Source of the DNA: Azolla caroliniana
Taxonomy: Eukaryota; Plantae; Polypodiophyta
Direction of reading: 5' to 3'
Assembly (NCBI GenBank): GCA_043228905.1
Contig: JBHGNT010000015.1
Coordinates: forward strand, 5,084,001-5,148,000
Length of the DNA: 64,000 nucleotides
The notes under the pieces were generated by a model. That model was not told the origin of the DNA. It was given only the letters and a program-made list of their open reading frames with translations, and searched no databases. The position numbers were made by a program, and so were the translations under genes. This document shows, piece after piece, positions 1 to 13,082 of the stretch (the stretch's first letter is position 1; each line of letters starts with the position of its first letter).

Positions 1-1460
1 GTTTCATAATATATTGTTTTCAATACTTGATTTCTTGCTTTCTCTAGTCAAAATTGGGGTTATGTAGTTCAAACCATGGCAAGCCCAAAACAATTGGATG
101 TTTATGGCTACCAATTATGTTAAAGGATATTACACATGCCAAATTATCTAGCACAACGCGAACTAGCTCTTACTCTTCTACTATATTTCAAGAACCATCA
201 ATGTCTGCTACTGAAATGGGGCAAGGAAGTTTTTCTTAGACTTACCTGATGAAGTCAAGCAAAATTTCTATCCATGAAGCAAGAATTAGCAATGGTATCT
301 AGGAATGTTTGAACATGAACTTGATGATTAGTTGTTCTACTAACTTTCACTTGAGTTGAGAACACCTTGCTAACTTGCTTAGAAGAAATGGAACCACTGA
401 TGGGCAACATAGATCCGGGACTGTCCAACCAAATGGCACTCCTATTATGGTTGGACTTAATTATTTAACTCATCATGTAGTTGACTTAGAACCTCAAATT
501 TATTTGATAACCTTGGAACACCAAGATTGTTAGATACCCCACATGGAATAGCCTCAACTTTAGTAATAGTAGAAACTTCGTTCACTTGACGTCTAGGCCT
601 ATGGGGACAATTTATGGCAACATGTAATCGGCCACCACAATTTAAACATAGGCAGTTTGCTCGACGTCGTTGCTTTTCCTCTGTTCACAATGATCTATAA
701 TGACATGTTGCATCAATTTCCATTAGTGTCAAAGATGTATTATATAATTCCTTTGGGGATGGTTTTGCTAAGATTGATGCATACACAGTCTCTAATCTTG
801 CCCTTGCCATTTGTTGTTGTGGTCGTTGTGAACGTCACTCGAAAAGTCAGTTATCGAATCGTACTACTCGATTTATTGCCTCTGTGAGTGAGTTTGGCTC
901 TTCTAGAAATGTAAGGAGTAAATCCTTTACATCATTGTGTAGCCACACCGGAATTGTTCCATTATTGCTTGGTTGTCCCATGGAATATTGGTTGCGAGAA
1001 GACAAAAATCAGTGGCATAGGTTGAGGTAGGATGATCCCCTTGACATAGCCTTTGGATTTTGTTGATTATTGTCCGAACACTATCAACATCTCCAAAACA
1101 TTCTTTGAGGTCACTAATAAACTCCTTGAAAGTATTTAACAAATGCAAACCAGGCTAATGTTGTACCGCTTAGTAATGTGCCTACTAACCCCACTTGTGA
1201 TGCATTGGTTAGATATCAAGGAGGATGCATTTGAATTATTAAATGGACTTGATTGAGGAACCCTCTAAATTGAGATAGTGATCCATCAAACTTCATGGGA
1301 AGATTGATCTTGGCTCTTTAAGGATTCCTTGTGTTCTCATTCCATCTTGTTATAAAGTCACGATAGTTGCTTCCAGTTGTTGTACTTGTAATGTCAACTC
1401 CTCATGTTTTGTTGCTTTATTTTGTAATATGTCGTAGATCACCCAATAAGCATTGATTTT
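1..1460 (-). mobile_element. Degenerate Ty3/gypsy gag-protease remnant, truncated by the window edge
   Basis: Minus-strand fragments: gag-like PMKFDGS..FRGFLNQ and ORF 927-1148 (FISDLKECFGD...RLCQG...YATDF), a CCHC-like knuckle (CLNCGGRLHVAINCP, about 600-660) and a protease-distal motif (HPIVLGLPWFELHNP, about 55-105). Many stops. Confidence 0.7.
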
Positions 1461-1599
1461 CTTGTTCTAGTGGCACGAACTTTCCCTTCAAGCACTGAAA
1501 CTCCAAAAGGACGAATTGATATTCTTGTGCACTAATACAAGTTATTAGTACTAGATGATTGTAAGATAAGAAAATGACAAATTTTGTTCAAATTGTCAA

Positions 1600-1601
1600 G
1601 A

Positions 1602-1651
<50 letters not shown>

Positions 1652-2225
1652 CACGTGATATGACCTATGAGATCAAATATATTACATTTTAGGTGATACA
1701 TGTGAAAGAGAGTAGCGACTCTCAATGTTCAAGAACATTACCAATGAATGTTGCAATCAAGAGTGCACATTGTGGGTGTGAATGAAATTCGTGTAAGGAT
1801 TGGGCTTGGTCGAAGATGTGTGGAAAGCATGGTCGAATATGATCATAGACAAAACATTGTATCAATGTGTGATACTTAGACTCTCAAACTTGTTTATGGC
1901 AAAGTGTGCATATTTGACGACACTCATGACAAGAAATAGATAGATTGTACTATCGTCTTCGAAGGACAAATATGACTTATGAGACCAAAAATAGTACATT
2001 TCACGTGATACGTGTGAAAGTGAGTAGTGACTCTTGATGTTCAAGAACTTTACCAATGAATGTTGCATATTTGATCACTCTCATCACGAGAAATAGATAG
2101 ATTCTATTATCGTCTTCGGAGGACAAATATGACCTATGAGACCAAAAATATTACATTTCACGTGATATGTGTGAAAGTGAGTAGTCACTCTCGTTCATTG
2201 ATCACTCTCATCATGAGAGAGATAT
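1600..2225 (+). repeat. (GA)n microsatellite followed by three tandem, progressively deleted copies of a ~300-bp GA-tailed repeat
   Basis: (GA)n at about 1606-1648. Units contain ATATGACCTATGAGACCAAA...GTGAAAG...CTTTACCAATGAATGTTGCA and end in TCATCACGAG(A)-like tails. The same unit recurs at 18459-18782. Confidence 0.85.
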
Positions 2226-2410
2226 GACACCTCCTGTCTGCAGAGGCTTCCTCCTCTCTCATGACCTTCATAGCCAATGGCCATGTCCACTCCATACCTC
2301 AAAAGCTCATTACCCTCTTCCTTCCTTACAACCTTCTCCATTTGCCTATACACAACGATCTTCTGCGTGCCCATACTACTTCATGTTTCCATAACAGTCA
2401 AGAATTTCGA

Positions 2411-3373
2411 GATTTAGAGAGCCAAGAATTCGACGGTTGGATCTAGTGATTTTGACAAGGTCGCCATGGGGAATGTCATGGTAATGTAATTATTCATCTA
2501 ATCACGTCCGTGGAATGGAATTGAACCAAAAGCGGGGGGTCAATGGACTGAAACTGGTGGTTTTTCTCTTCTTCTTGACTGATTCTATAGGATGGGAGCA
2601 AATGTCTGTGGGCCTACGTAATTGGAGCTTACTAGATCACCATAGCCATGATGCATCGACTCTGGAAAGCCTACAAGCATGTGGTGCATCTATGAAGCGT
2701 TGATCAATCTAACCCTTAGAAAGTAAAATATGAGCAATACGTTGTTCTGGTGAGGGATATCCCTGCTCCTCCTCCTAGCATTGGCACCATATATGACGAG
2801 GTGGACAAGTACTTCAAAGCTCTACATCCTGAAACCTATAGAGCATGTGTCATCGTCACAAAGATATGTTGGGAATATGGAGCAGAATCGGGATTTAGAG
2901 AGCCAAGAATTCGACGGTTGGATCCAGTGATTTTGACAAGGTCGCCATGGGGAATGTCATGGTAATGTAATTATTCATCTAATCACGTCCGTGGAATGGA
3001 ATTGAACCAAAAGAGGGGGGTCAATGGACTGAAACTGGTGGTTTTTCTCTTCTTCTTGACTGATTCTATAGGATGGGAGCAAACGTCTGTGGGCCTACGT
3101 AATTGGAGCTTACTGGCTCACCATAGCCATGATGCATCGGCTCTGGAAGGCCTACAAGCATGTGGTGCATCTGAGAAACGTTGATCAATCTAACCCTCAG
3201 AAAGTAAAATACGAGCAATACGTTGTTCTAGTGAGGGATATCCCTGCTCCTCCTCTTAGCATTGGCACCATATATGACGAGGTGGACAAGTACTTCAAAG
3301 CTCTACATCCTGAAACCTATGGAGCATGTGTCATCGTCACAAAGATATGTTGGGAATATGGAGCAAAATTGGG
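2411..3373 (+). repeat. 481-bp direct tandem duplication
   Basis: GATTTAGAGAGCCAAG starts at 2411 and 2892. Duplicated ORFs 2515 and 2996 are offset by 481. Confidence 0.95.
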
Positions 3374-4507
3374 ATGATTTAAAATTCAAACACAATTAAC
3401 ACTTGATGAAAACCACAAGACGAAAATGAGAGTACACCAAAAATTTTAACATGGAAAACCCAAAATAGGGAAAAACCATGGGAACCGTAGGTTCCGAACA
3501 ACTTTATTATAATCTAAATACAACGGAATACAACCTCACTAGACGAGTGTATCTACCTTAAGGCAATGGCCTTGGTTACAACCTTCACCCAATCAGGTGT
3601 ATAGAATAACAAAGATTACAACTGAGTATAATCTCTCTAGTTTGAAGTAGCCTCAAAGCAACAACCTTGGCTACTATCCTCACCCGATTGGGTGGATAAG
3701 ACAACAAAGATTACAGCTAAGTATAGTCTCTCTAGCTTTGAGCTAGAGGAAATGAACTAGCCTCAAGGCAACAACCTTGGCTACTATCTTCACCCTATTG
3801 GGTGGATAAATCAATGGAAAGTAGAAAATAGAATGGAAAAACAAAGAGCGAAGGAACCTGATATGGATTGATAGAAGAGATATGTCACGAACAACACCTC
3901 ACGGATCTCTTCTCTTCTGCAAAGCGCTCTCGCTCTTGCTCTCGTATTCAGGCACAATGTCTCTTCGTTTGTTGTTTTTCTCTCTTGGTTCTCTCACTTC
4001 TCTATGTATACCGTTGTCTCTCTCTGTGTGTTGTCTCTGTACTCAGAGTTATCTCTATTTTCTCTCTTTCACTCGGTGTCTCAATCTCTGAGTTCTATCT
4101 CTGATTTTTCAGCTCTCTCTCTCGTTTCTTATATGTTGTTTTTCTGTTCTCTGTCACGTTGTTTTGTGTCTGCCCCTCTTCCTTCAGCCTTGTAGAGCAA
4201 CGTCTCTTTTTGTATCTATATTCACACCTAAACATACAGAAAAACACACACCAAAAACAACATAATAAAACATACATACATACCTGTCCACACGTATATG
4301 TATATATTTGTAAATAGGTAAATACTTAATTATATCTTCCTTTTTTCTTTTCCCTTTTTGAGTCCAATCGGCACTCAGCCAAATTGACGCTTAGCTTGTA
4401 GGTGGCTATCAGCTGACTATTGACTTCCTGTCGATCCTCAGCCAGCTCTAAGTCGGCTCTTGGACCTCAGCCGGTTGTGGGTTCCACTTGAGTGGATAGA
4501 CCCAACA
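3348..4507 (-). mobile_element. Solo LTR (1160 bp), probably copia-type
   Basis: Ends TGTTGGG...CCCAACA, 5-bp TSD AGATA (3343-3347 and 4508-4512). Contains the reverse of the GGTTTTTCCC..GGGTTTTCCA motif common in LTR U5 regions; orientation is inferred from that motif. Confidence 0.9.
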
Positions 4508-5665
4508 AGATATCCAATTTATGTACCTAAAGCTCTCATAATCTTTGCAAATCTGTCCAAACCATTAGGGTTTCCCCTATCTTCCTGAGTGTATGATGTA
4601 GCTAATTGCGTGAATTCTTTCTGTATACTCACTGGTTCAGGCAGCTAAGCTCTGGCAAAAGAGGGAAGAATTTAGGAGGAATCTGGCTCGTGCAGAGCTC
4701 GAATATGAGAAGAAGAAGATTGAGCCTAAGCATAGCACCGGATTTCTCGGTCTCTTTGGTCCTCAAGAAAACTCCATCGATTTCTACTAGCGAGGGAAAG
4801 ATGAGAAAGAAGAAGCTCTACAAACTGAACGAAAATCTGTCACGTTTTCTGTGTCGCAGAAATACACGGCTATCGTCATCTTTAGTACCAGAGCAACCGC
4901 CAACCGTGCATCTTTAGTACCAGAGCAGCCGCCAACCGTGCATCTCAAGTAATCACCTCATGCATACATATTTAACTCCTCCAAGATTCTCAATGGGCAA
5001 TCTAATTCGGTCGATTCATCTTTAATCAACCCCTAAATTGTACATTAATATCCTCAAAGTCTGACAACAGAGATCATTTCTCTCTACTTAAATCATCGTC
5101 ATCATCATTATGAAGATGATGATCATATTAAATGATCTTATGTTAACTAACTAGAAAATCAATCTTACTTAGGGAGAAGTTCATCGATTGTGGAGTTCAT
5201 ATTTATGAACCAAATTTGGTAAGATGCAAGAAATATGGAGGATTCACTGGAATTCTGATGCAGAAGCTACAAAGAAAAGAGTAGACTTTGGAAATGGAAG
5301 GTGTAACACACTATTTTATGAAAGATGTAACAGGTAGGGCACTAGTGAATGCATTGATTACAATCTATGCAAACAGTGCTAATAGTTTTGTGCCTTGAAG
5401 TTTTGGCAAAAATGTTGGGTGACAAGGTCGAAATAATCTTAGACTGTAGTATTTGCGGTTTTCATAGGTTGTCATGGCTATAGCCATTGTAATGTTGTTA
5501 GCCTATTCAGGTCGTCATGTATGCAGAATTTGACTAATGAAGCATATTTTGTTATGAAAAAAAAAACTAGATAATCAGTCTTCCATTGTAATGACATCAA
5601 AACCATTGACACATTTGCAGTCTATGTATAGCCTATGCCAATCAATGGACTACCTGTGCCACCCC

Positions 5666-6100
5666 TGTTAACTCTTAGGGCCGGACAATGGCCTAACATA
5701 GGGTGTCTACGGAAGACACTTCACCAAAGGGGTGTTACGGCAAGAGGATTAGGCTCAACGATTAATCCGACTTAATTAGGTTACTTAGCAAGATCGTCCT
5801 TAATTATCACACGCGTAAGATATAACAATGAATGTAGAACGGCAATTAACACAGAGAGATAAAAACACTAAGCTTCATTAATTATCCGCTGCTCATTACA
5901 TTGTATCCGGGCCTTTAAATAGGTTTCCGGTGTGTATTACAAAACGGTGCCATCCGCACCTGTTCGGGATCGGTCCGGATCTAGAACGGCATACCGATTC
6001 CGGTCCGTCCGTCCACACTAATAGCTTACTTACAACCATTCCTTAATAATTAAATAACTCCTTCGTTTCACACTCTAGATTCCTATGCTGGCCGGTAACA
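5666..6100. mobile_element. Solo LTR (435 bp)
   Basis: Ends TGTTA...TAACA, TSD ACCCC (5661-5665 and 6101-6105). Confidence 0.8.
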
Positions 6101-6284
6101 ACCCCCGATCCAAAAGCAGTCATATGGGGAAACCTTGTGATACCCTTTGTACAAAGACTTTGTACAAAGCATTGAGATGGAACGAAGGGTTGAGGCGATG
6201 GCAAGGAAGAAGAAGGTATAGCAGTAGGGAGAAAGGACTGAATTCCAGGACAAGAGAAGCTATATATATATGGAAGAAGATCGA

Positions 6285-6712
6285 TCAGAAGAAGAAGAAG
6301 TAGTAGTAGTAGTACAGAGATGGAAAAAGAAGAAGAAAATGATGGAGGGATGGAAGGAGAAGGATTGATTCTCCTCCTGATGGAGAGACAATGACAAAAT
6401 ATTCGCCCAAAAAAGGAATATATGCCTCCACCACCACCTCCTCCTCCTCCTCCTCCTTCTTCGCTTGATTTACACTCACTTGCCGCAGAATGGTTGAATA
6501 TACAGTATACAAATACATACAATACAAATGATACATTATAATTTATACATTATACATTATACAATGCAATGCAATATACAATACATTATACAATGCAATG
6601 CACAATACAGTATACACTATACAATACATTATACAATGCAATTTACAATACAATACATTATGCAATGTACAATACACTCTACAATACATTATACAATACA
6701 ATGCAATGCAAG
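6285..6712. repeat. Low-complexity block: (GAA)n, (TAG)n, (CCA)n/(CCT)n and an ATACA/ATGCA-based minisatellite
   Basis: Directly visible. The minisatellite ATACAATACATTATACAATGCA-like spans about 6505-6710. Confidence 0.85.
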
Positions 6713-6785
6713 GTCCCTTAGCTCTACAAACAAGAGAACAACCATGGATTAATTGGTGTTTACGGGGTCAAACGTCGTTGTTACA

Positions 6786-7506
6786 AGTGACTACTAATCT
6801 TTTGTATCATTGCTATGTTGAGTCTCTTGGATAGTTGTCATCTAAGGCTGAAGAAGAATGGAAAATACACAAATCTGATCATGGGTGGTGGCAGATCTTA
6901 CAACGTAGTTAGCATTCTAAATTGCCACTTGTAGCAAAGGTCTTTATTTGGAGAGTTTTGATTGGAGGATTGCCTTTGGGATTAGCTCTAAAGCGTCGTG
7001 GACTAGCAATAGGTAATTGCTTTTTTTGCACTGCTCAAATGGAAGATAGTACTCATCAATTTATACAATGTCTGATTGCTTGTCAGATTTGAGTTACATT
7101 TCTCAAATTTGGCAAGTTTTATCACAGTGTTATTTGACACCTAGATAGTGGGTGTTTGCACAATTTACACAGGTTGACCCAAAATTAGAGATGGAGAACA
7201 TTTTTCTATTTCTGAGTTATTAGGGATTGCATCATAATTGGAACATGCGCAACACTTTTGTATTCGATGGTAGACATGGCGTGAAAGCATATCTACGAAA
7301 GTTGAAGGGAGTACAAATGTGGCAATTTTCTTTATTGGAGCAAGTGGAAATTCTTTCATCAGTGGAGTGTTCGTCTTGCCTATTGGCAATTCATGTTCCA
7401 CTCCCCATGTCGTGTAGTCTAGTTACTGGGTGACCATACTCCATTGTCACACCCATTATAAGTAGTGTTTTTTACACACATTTATTAATATAATTGTGTT
7501 TTCACC
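6786..7506 (+). mobile_element. 3' fragment of an L1-type LINE (zf-RVT region and 3' UTR)
   Basis: WRVLIGGLPLGLALKRRGLAIGNCFFC...HQFIQC. Colinear with 12330-13024 of the next LINE and shares its 3' terminal motif ATTAATATAATTGT. Confidence 0.85.
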
Positions 7507-7524
7507 AGAGAGAGAGGAGGGGAG

Positions 7525-10500
7525 AAAAAAGTGATGACGTTCCAATAATAGTGTTGAAACATGTTTCTGATGTAACTTTGTACTCAAAACTCCGTTTTTT
7601 ATCATTTTTAGCTCGTTGCGAAGCTCGTTCAGAGAGATTTCTAGAAATTATTTGGAAGGTAAGTTTAGTTGTTGCTAAAATAAGCTACAAGAAAAATTGT
7701 CATCGTCTCATGTTGGTTCTCTCAATCTCTATTAGGATGGCTGACACAACAACAAGAAGTGATTTGATGATTGTTGATGGATGTGGTAGTAGTGATGGTT
7801 GTGAAAATTACAAGAGAAAAAAATGTATTGATTCTATAGAACATGAGAAAACATCATATGTTGCTATTCTTGGTGGGAAAGATGTTATCGGAGATGATTA
7901 TCATATTGACTGACGTGCTTTTGTTAAGGCTTTGCTTTCTGACTTTATGGAAAAAAATGAGAAAGATGCTAAAGATTGTGTGGAGGAGGATGTTGTAGAG
8001 GTGGTGATGGAGACCAAATCTGTGTTAGTAACTTTTGATAGGTTCTATGATCGTGGTGTTATTTTGTATTTCACTAGCAAACTTCCTTTGGTATCATGGA
8101 TTAAGCAATGGTTGAATTCGTCCATAATGCCTAATTATGTTGAGTATGTGTATGTGGGTCCAAGAGGTTTCTATAATGTGGTTTTTCGATCGTGAGAACA
8201 TCGTACGACTTTGATTGCAAAGGTACCAATCTTTTTTTATAGAAGATTAGTGCATGTGAAGGATAGGGTTCCGGTGGTGGATTATAAAGATTTATTAAAA
8301 CAAAAATGTCCAATTTGGGTGACCAATGATTGTAGTAACTCATTCTTTTGGGATTTATTACCAAGATTGATGTCTCAAATTGGTAAAGTTTTGGTTGCTC
8401 ATGTTAATTTGTTGAACAAATGTAGATTTTGCATTTTATGGGATACAAGTTGTAAACTTCCAAGATGGTTGAGTATGGATACATCTCCATTTGGTCAATT
8501 TCATTTTAAGCTTCAATGGGAGACTGTTGCAGGACATTGTTTTAAATGTGGTAAATTGGGACATTTTATGACTGAATGCCAATATCATGGTGAACTATCC
8601 TCGGAAAATTATGTCAAAGGGAAAAACAAGGAAGATGTTGAGAAGGCTATTGTCTCAATGATTGATATGGTCATAGATGAGGGAACATCTCATGGGTTAG
8701 AGCGAGATCCTAAAGTTCATGGTCATGGTAGAGGTGTTGGGGAGGAGAATGGAGTACGTATTAATGATGACCCAGATGTTGAAGATGGAGAGTGGCATCA
8801 AGTGAAGCATAAGATAAAAGGGACGGGTGTTGCCGTATAAAGGGACATAAAAAATATTAATGGTAAGGCATTACCAAAAGCTTATTTGAGATTGAATGAG
8901 GTCTTTAAGAAAAATCCTAGGCAAAAAGAAGTGCGAAATCATAGAGTGTCCGACCAATTACCATTCGATTCTTCAAGAAGGGTGGTGCGACCTCAATTAA
9001 ATCAAGGACTTTGTTCTCATGGATCTAAGCAACAAAACCTTGTTATTGGTGGAGGGGATGTAGTACACACAAATCCTTATGCAACTCTTGAACAAGTAGT
9101 TAGTACATTCATGAATACACTTGCTCATAAAGAGCAAGTTCTTACTAAAGGTGTTAAATGGAAGTGGTATCATGGAATGTGTGAGGGGCATCTTCTCCTC
9201 ATAAGAAATATATATTATGGAAAACTTTATTTGATAAAGAATGGGATGTTTTATGTGTAGTTGAACATAAGTGTCATGATTTAGCAAGGATCTATGTTAC
9301 ATTTGCGTGGATATTCCGCATATTATACATGACAATTATCACATCATTACTGATGGGTAGTCATGATTATTCGTGATTTGTTTTGTCCACATATAGTCTA
9401 TAATGATCCATATGGATGTTTTTTGGTGATGGAAGTCAAGTATTTTGAGGATTCAATATGGTTGGTAGGAATCTATGCACCCAATAATGCTAATCAACGC
9501 ATTGAGTTATGGTCTTCAATGTATCCATGGTTATTAGTGGGTCGTGTTGGTTTGTTGATGGGTCATTTTAATATGTGTGTTGATGCTTCACAATCTACTT
9601 CACGATTCTCATTGATGGATTCTCCTAAGCAATAGTTTGGGACAAATTGGCATCAAAGGTTTTTAAGTTGGATGTATTGAAATGGTTGCATCAAGATGAG
9701 GTTGGGTTTACATTTCGGTCTATGCAATAAAAGGAAACATGCAGTAGGTTAGATAGCATGTATGTTATGCATGATGAGTCCTTTTCTCCAAAGATGTTTA
9801 ATATGTCAATTATGCAAGAGGTTGTGACATCAAATCATTTTCCCATATGTTTTGAGTTTAATAAACATGGGGTAGATATGTACAAAGCATTGTTTGATCG
9901 AGTTCCTTTGAGGTTTAATTCTTCTTTATTATTACATTCCTTATTTTATGCCTATATGCAACAAATTTTTGGCATGTTTTCAGAACAAGTTATTTCAAAA
10001 AGATGGGATGCATGGGATACAACACTACAAAACATCAATGATATTCATCGTATGTATGGTATGACTAATGCTAAAATACCTAAGAAATTGATTGATAAGT
10101 TTTCACATATTCTTATGCGATGCAATGTACTATTGATGAATAATTCACATGATGAAGAGATTTTGGATCTTCAAGTTCAAGTATAGGACATTGTGAAGAA
10201 TTTTTCTTGTCAAAGTTATCAACAAACAAGACTACTTCAATTAAAGGAGGGATTTATCAATAATCAATCATAATCTCATATATTTTTTCAAGGATTAAGA
10301 CCATCATATGCTCATTCAGATGTGGTACAAATTAAAATAGGGGATGACATTGTTGTAGACCCAATCAAGGTTATTGAGTTATGTATTACTCATTTTAAGA
10401 ATTTGATTGGGCCAGAGTTGATTATTAATGACGATATGTTGAAAGCACGACAAGAGTTTTATAATGTAATTGGGTGTGTTGTGAATACAAATATTTGTCA

Positions 10501-13020
10501 AGAATTGGATGCTATTTTGAAGAAGGTGTGGTAGAAAAGGTATTGTTACACCTTCCAAATGTTAAAAGCCCTGGTTGGGATGGTATTACAAATGAAGTTT
10601 TTAAGAAGTATACTGGCATGATTAAGAGTCCATTCACACAAATGCTTCAACAATATTGGGATTCTAGTTTCATGCCTGAGAGCTGGAAGGTGGGCTTAAT
10701 CCAATTCCGGAGTCATTTCATCAATGGAGGCCTATTTCATTGATGGGAGGGTTGTACAAAATGTTTGCAAAGATATTATCCAACAAACTTAAGAGATTCT
10801 TACCTCAACTTATTCATCCATCTCAATATGGTTTTATTGTAGGTAGAAATATATTGCATAATGTTTTGGATGTTCAAATGGCTACCGATTATGCTCGACA
10901 TACACACCAAGAAATGGTTATGGTGCAATTAGATTTGGAAAAAGTGTATGATCATGTTAATTGTTCTTTACTCTCAGGTATGATGTATAATATGGGGTTT
11001 GGTCCTCATATGTGTCGACTTATCTTTTTGTTACGGAAAAATGTAACCTCGTGTGGGATGCTTAATGGCGGAGTTACTCTGAAAGTGTTTGTTACTAGAT
11101 CTGTGTGGCAAGGATGTCCACTAAGCCCATTGTTATTTGCTTTTATTACAAATCCTTTGTTAGTAATGTTGTCAAATCTTGCGGCCAGTGGTGATATTGT
11201 GGGTTTGCATCTTCCTTCTGGTGGACAATTGGTGGCACAATCATTGGCCGATGATTCTTTTATGTTTTTACAAGCCTCAAAAGAAAACCTTGAAAGGAGT
11301 ATGCAAGTTTGGGATCAATTTGCTTTGGCTTCAGGGTTGTATATAAATTGGAGGAAGTCTCACCTTATTTCTTGTATTTGGAAAGTTTGGGATGGTGAGG
11401 GTGGTCAATGATTACACAAGGATTAATTTATCGACATTTGGGTTATCCATTGGGTGTTGATGTTGCAAATTTTCAAATGATTGATTGGATTGGTAGTAAA
11501 TTGAAGGTCAAATTTAAGTATTGGAAATCTCAATTATGGCCCTTTCATGTACGATCTAAAGTGGTGCAATGTATCTTGATACCCATGTTATTATATTTTT
11601 TTCCTTTACTAGCTTGGACTAAGAAGGCATTACAAAATATGTTACAACCTATTCGGTTCATGTTGTGGCGGAAGGGAGAAATGATGGGACTTACATGGAT
11701 TTCATGGAACCATTTGGCTACTCCTAAAAGGTTAGGTGGTGTAGCAATATTGGATTTGGAAATGCATTTGATGACTCGTAGATTTGCATTATTACGAGAT
11801 ATATGTCAACAAGATCAACCATGGATATCTATGATACAATATTTTATTGAGCATGAAGGATTGGTGCACATTAAAACAAAGATTCAAGCATCTTGTTGGT
11901 CATTACTCAATGGAAGCATTCCTCTAAAGATTCAACATTCTGTATGTGGACAACATTTGGTAAGATCATGGCAAGATGCATTATCTAATGGGGACCATCA
12001 AGTGATCGAGAATCTTGTCATTCATTGCAAAATGAATTGCTTGTTTCTTCTCGAGTGTTGTTTTGGCATGGGAAAGAGAAGTTGAGATCTCAATTCAATC
12101 GTTTATTTCGATTGGGGATTATACATTTGGAAGATGTGGTTGTTAATGAATCTCAAAGGTTGTTAGAATTTGAAGATGCCAAGCAATGGTTATGTATTCC
12201 CCCAAAATTATCGATTTATTTGGGAGAAATTGCAAGATATACATTTGTTGCAAGGATCTTTGCCATTAAAAACAAATGTTGCACCTTAGATGGATTGGTG
12301 GTTACAAGATGGTACACGCTTGTTATAGGTAACTACAAATATATTGTATCATCATGCAATGGCATCATTCTCTTAGCTATCTCCTAAAGTAGCGAAATTG
12401 TGGAATATATGTAAATCAGATGCAAGGAGGTGGAAAATATTACAACGTGGTTGGCATTCCCATCTACCATTTCGTGCAAAATATTTCATATGGAGAGTCA
12501 TGATTGGTGGGCTCCCATTAGGTTTGGCCTTAAAGAGATGAGGACTAGGGTCTGGCACTTGTTTCTTTTGCATAGCTCCATTGTAGGATAATACACATAG
12601 CTTCATTAAATGTCCTATAGCATGTACCATTTGGAAGTACTTATCGAACATTTGGCAAGTTTTGACCCGTTGTTGTTTGAGACCTCGACAATAGGTTCAT
12701 AATGGTTCAAATGATGAGATGGAAATATTGTTCCAATTTTGACGTTATTGGGGACTACAACACAATTCGAATATGCGTAATGCTTTCATGTTTGATAATA
12801 GACATGGGGTGAAAGCCTATATAAAGAAGCTAAAAGGTATTCTCATGTGTAATTTTTTGACGTTAGAGCATGTGGGGATCATTTCCTCAAATGCATATTC
12901 AGGTTTTTTAATGGCATTACAAGGCGTCCCTCTCCCTACATAGGCATATGATAGGTAGAAGAGACTAAGAAGTGTTGTAACTACGTGGATTTTACATACC
13001 ATTAATATAATTGTATGCTT

Positions 13021-13024
<4 letters not shown>
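7525..13024 (+). mobile_element. Full-length but degenerate L1-type LINE (LINE-A): ORF1 about 7737-9160 with a CCHC knuckle; ORF2 about 9158-12900 (APE endonuclease, RT, zf-RVT)
   Basis: ORF1 CFKCGKLGHFMTEC. Endonuclease motifs SWNV, GIYAPN, MGHFN and SNHFP. RT motifs KSPGWDG, QLDLEKVYDHV, WQGCPLSPLLF, LADD and YRHLGYPL. Fragmented by stops and frameshifts. Confidence 0.92.

Positions 13025-13078
<54 letters not shown>
13025..13078. repeat. (AG)n microsatellite at the junction of LINE-A and LINE-B
   Basis: About 27 AG units directly visible. Confidence 0.98.

Positions 13079-13082
<4 letters not shown>

Larger units (their letters stand above)
2385..4950 (+). pseudogene. ERD4/OSCA3-like pseudogene fragment (exons 2-4), with nonsense codons, an internal 481-bp tandem duplication and a solo-LTR insertion
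   Basis: Matches the intact paralogs: KNSTVGSSDFDKVAMGNV (exon 2), LWAYVIGAYW...EQYVVLVRDIPAP...YFKALHPETY (exon 3), and exon 4 at 4641-4948 (KHSTGFLGLFGPQENSIDFY*). Exon 1 and exons 5-7 not found. Confidence 0.9.

Noticed and set aside
6136-6785. Additional solo LTR (TG...CA)
   Set aside because: The ends are plausible, but no matching TSD was found.
6043-6834. Short ORFs with poly-G/E/L/Y or IQY repeats
   Set aside because: They are translations of microsatellite and minisatellite DNA.
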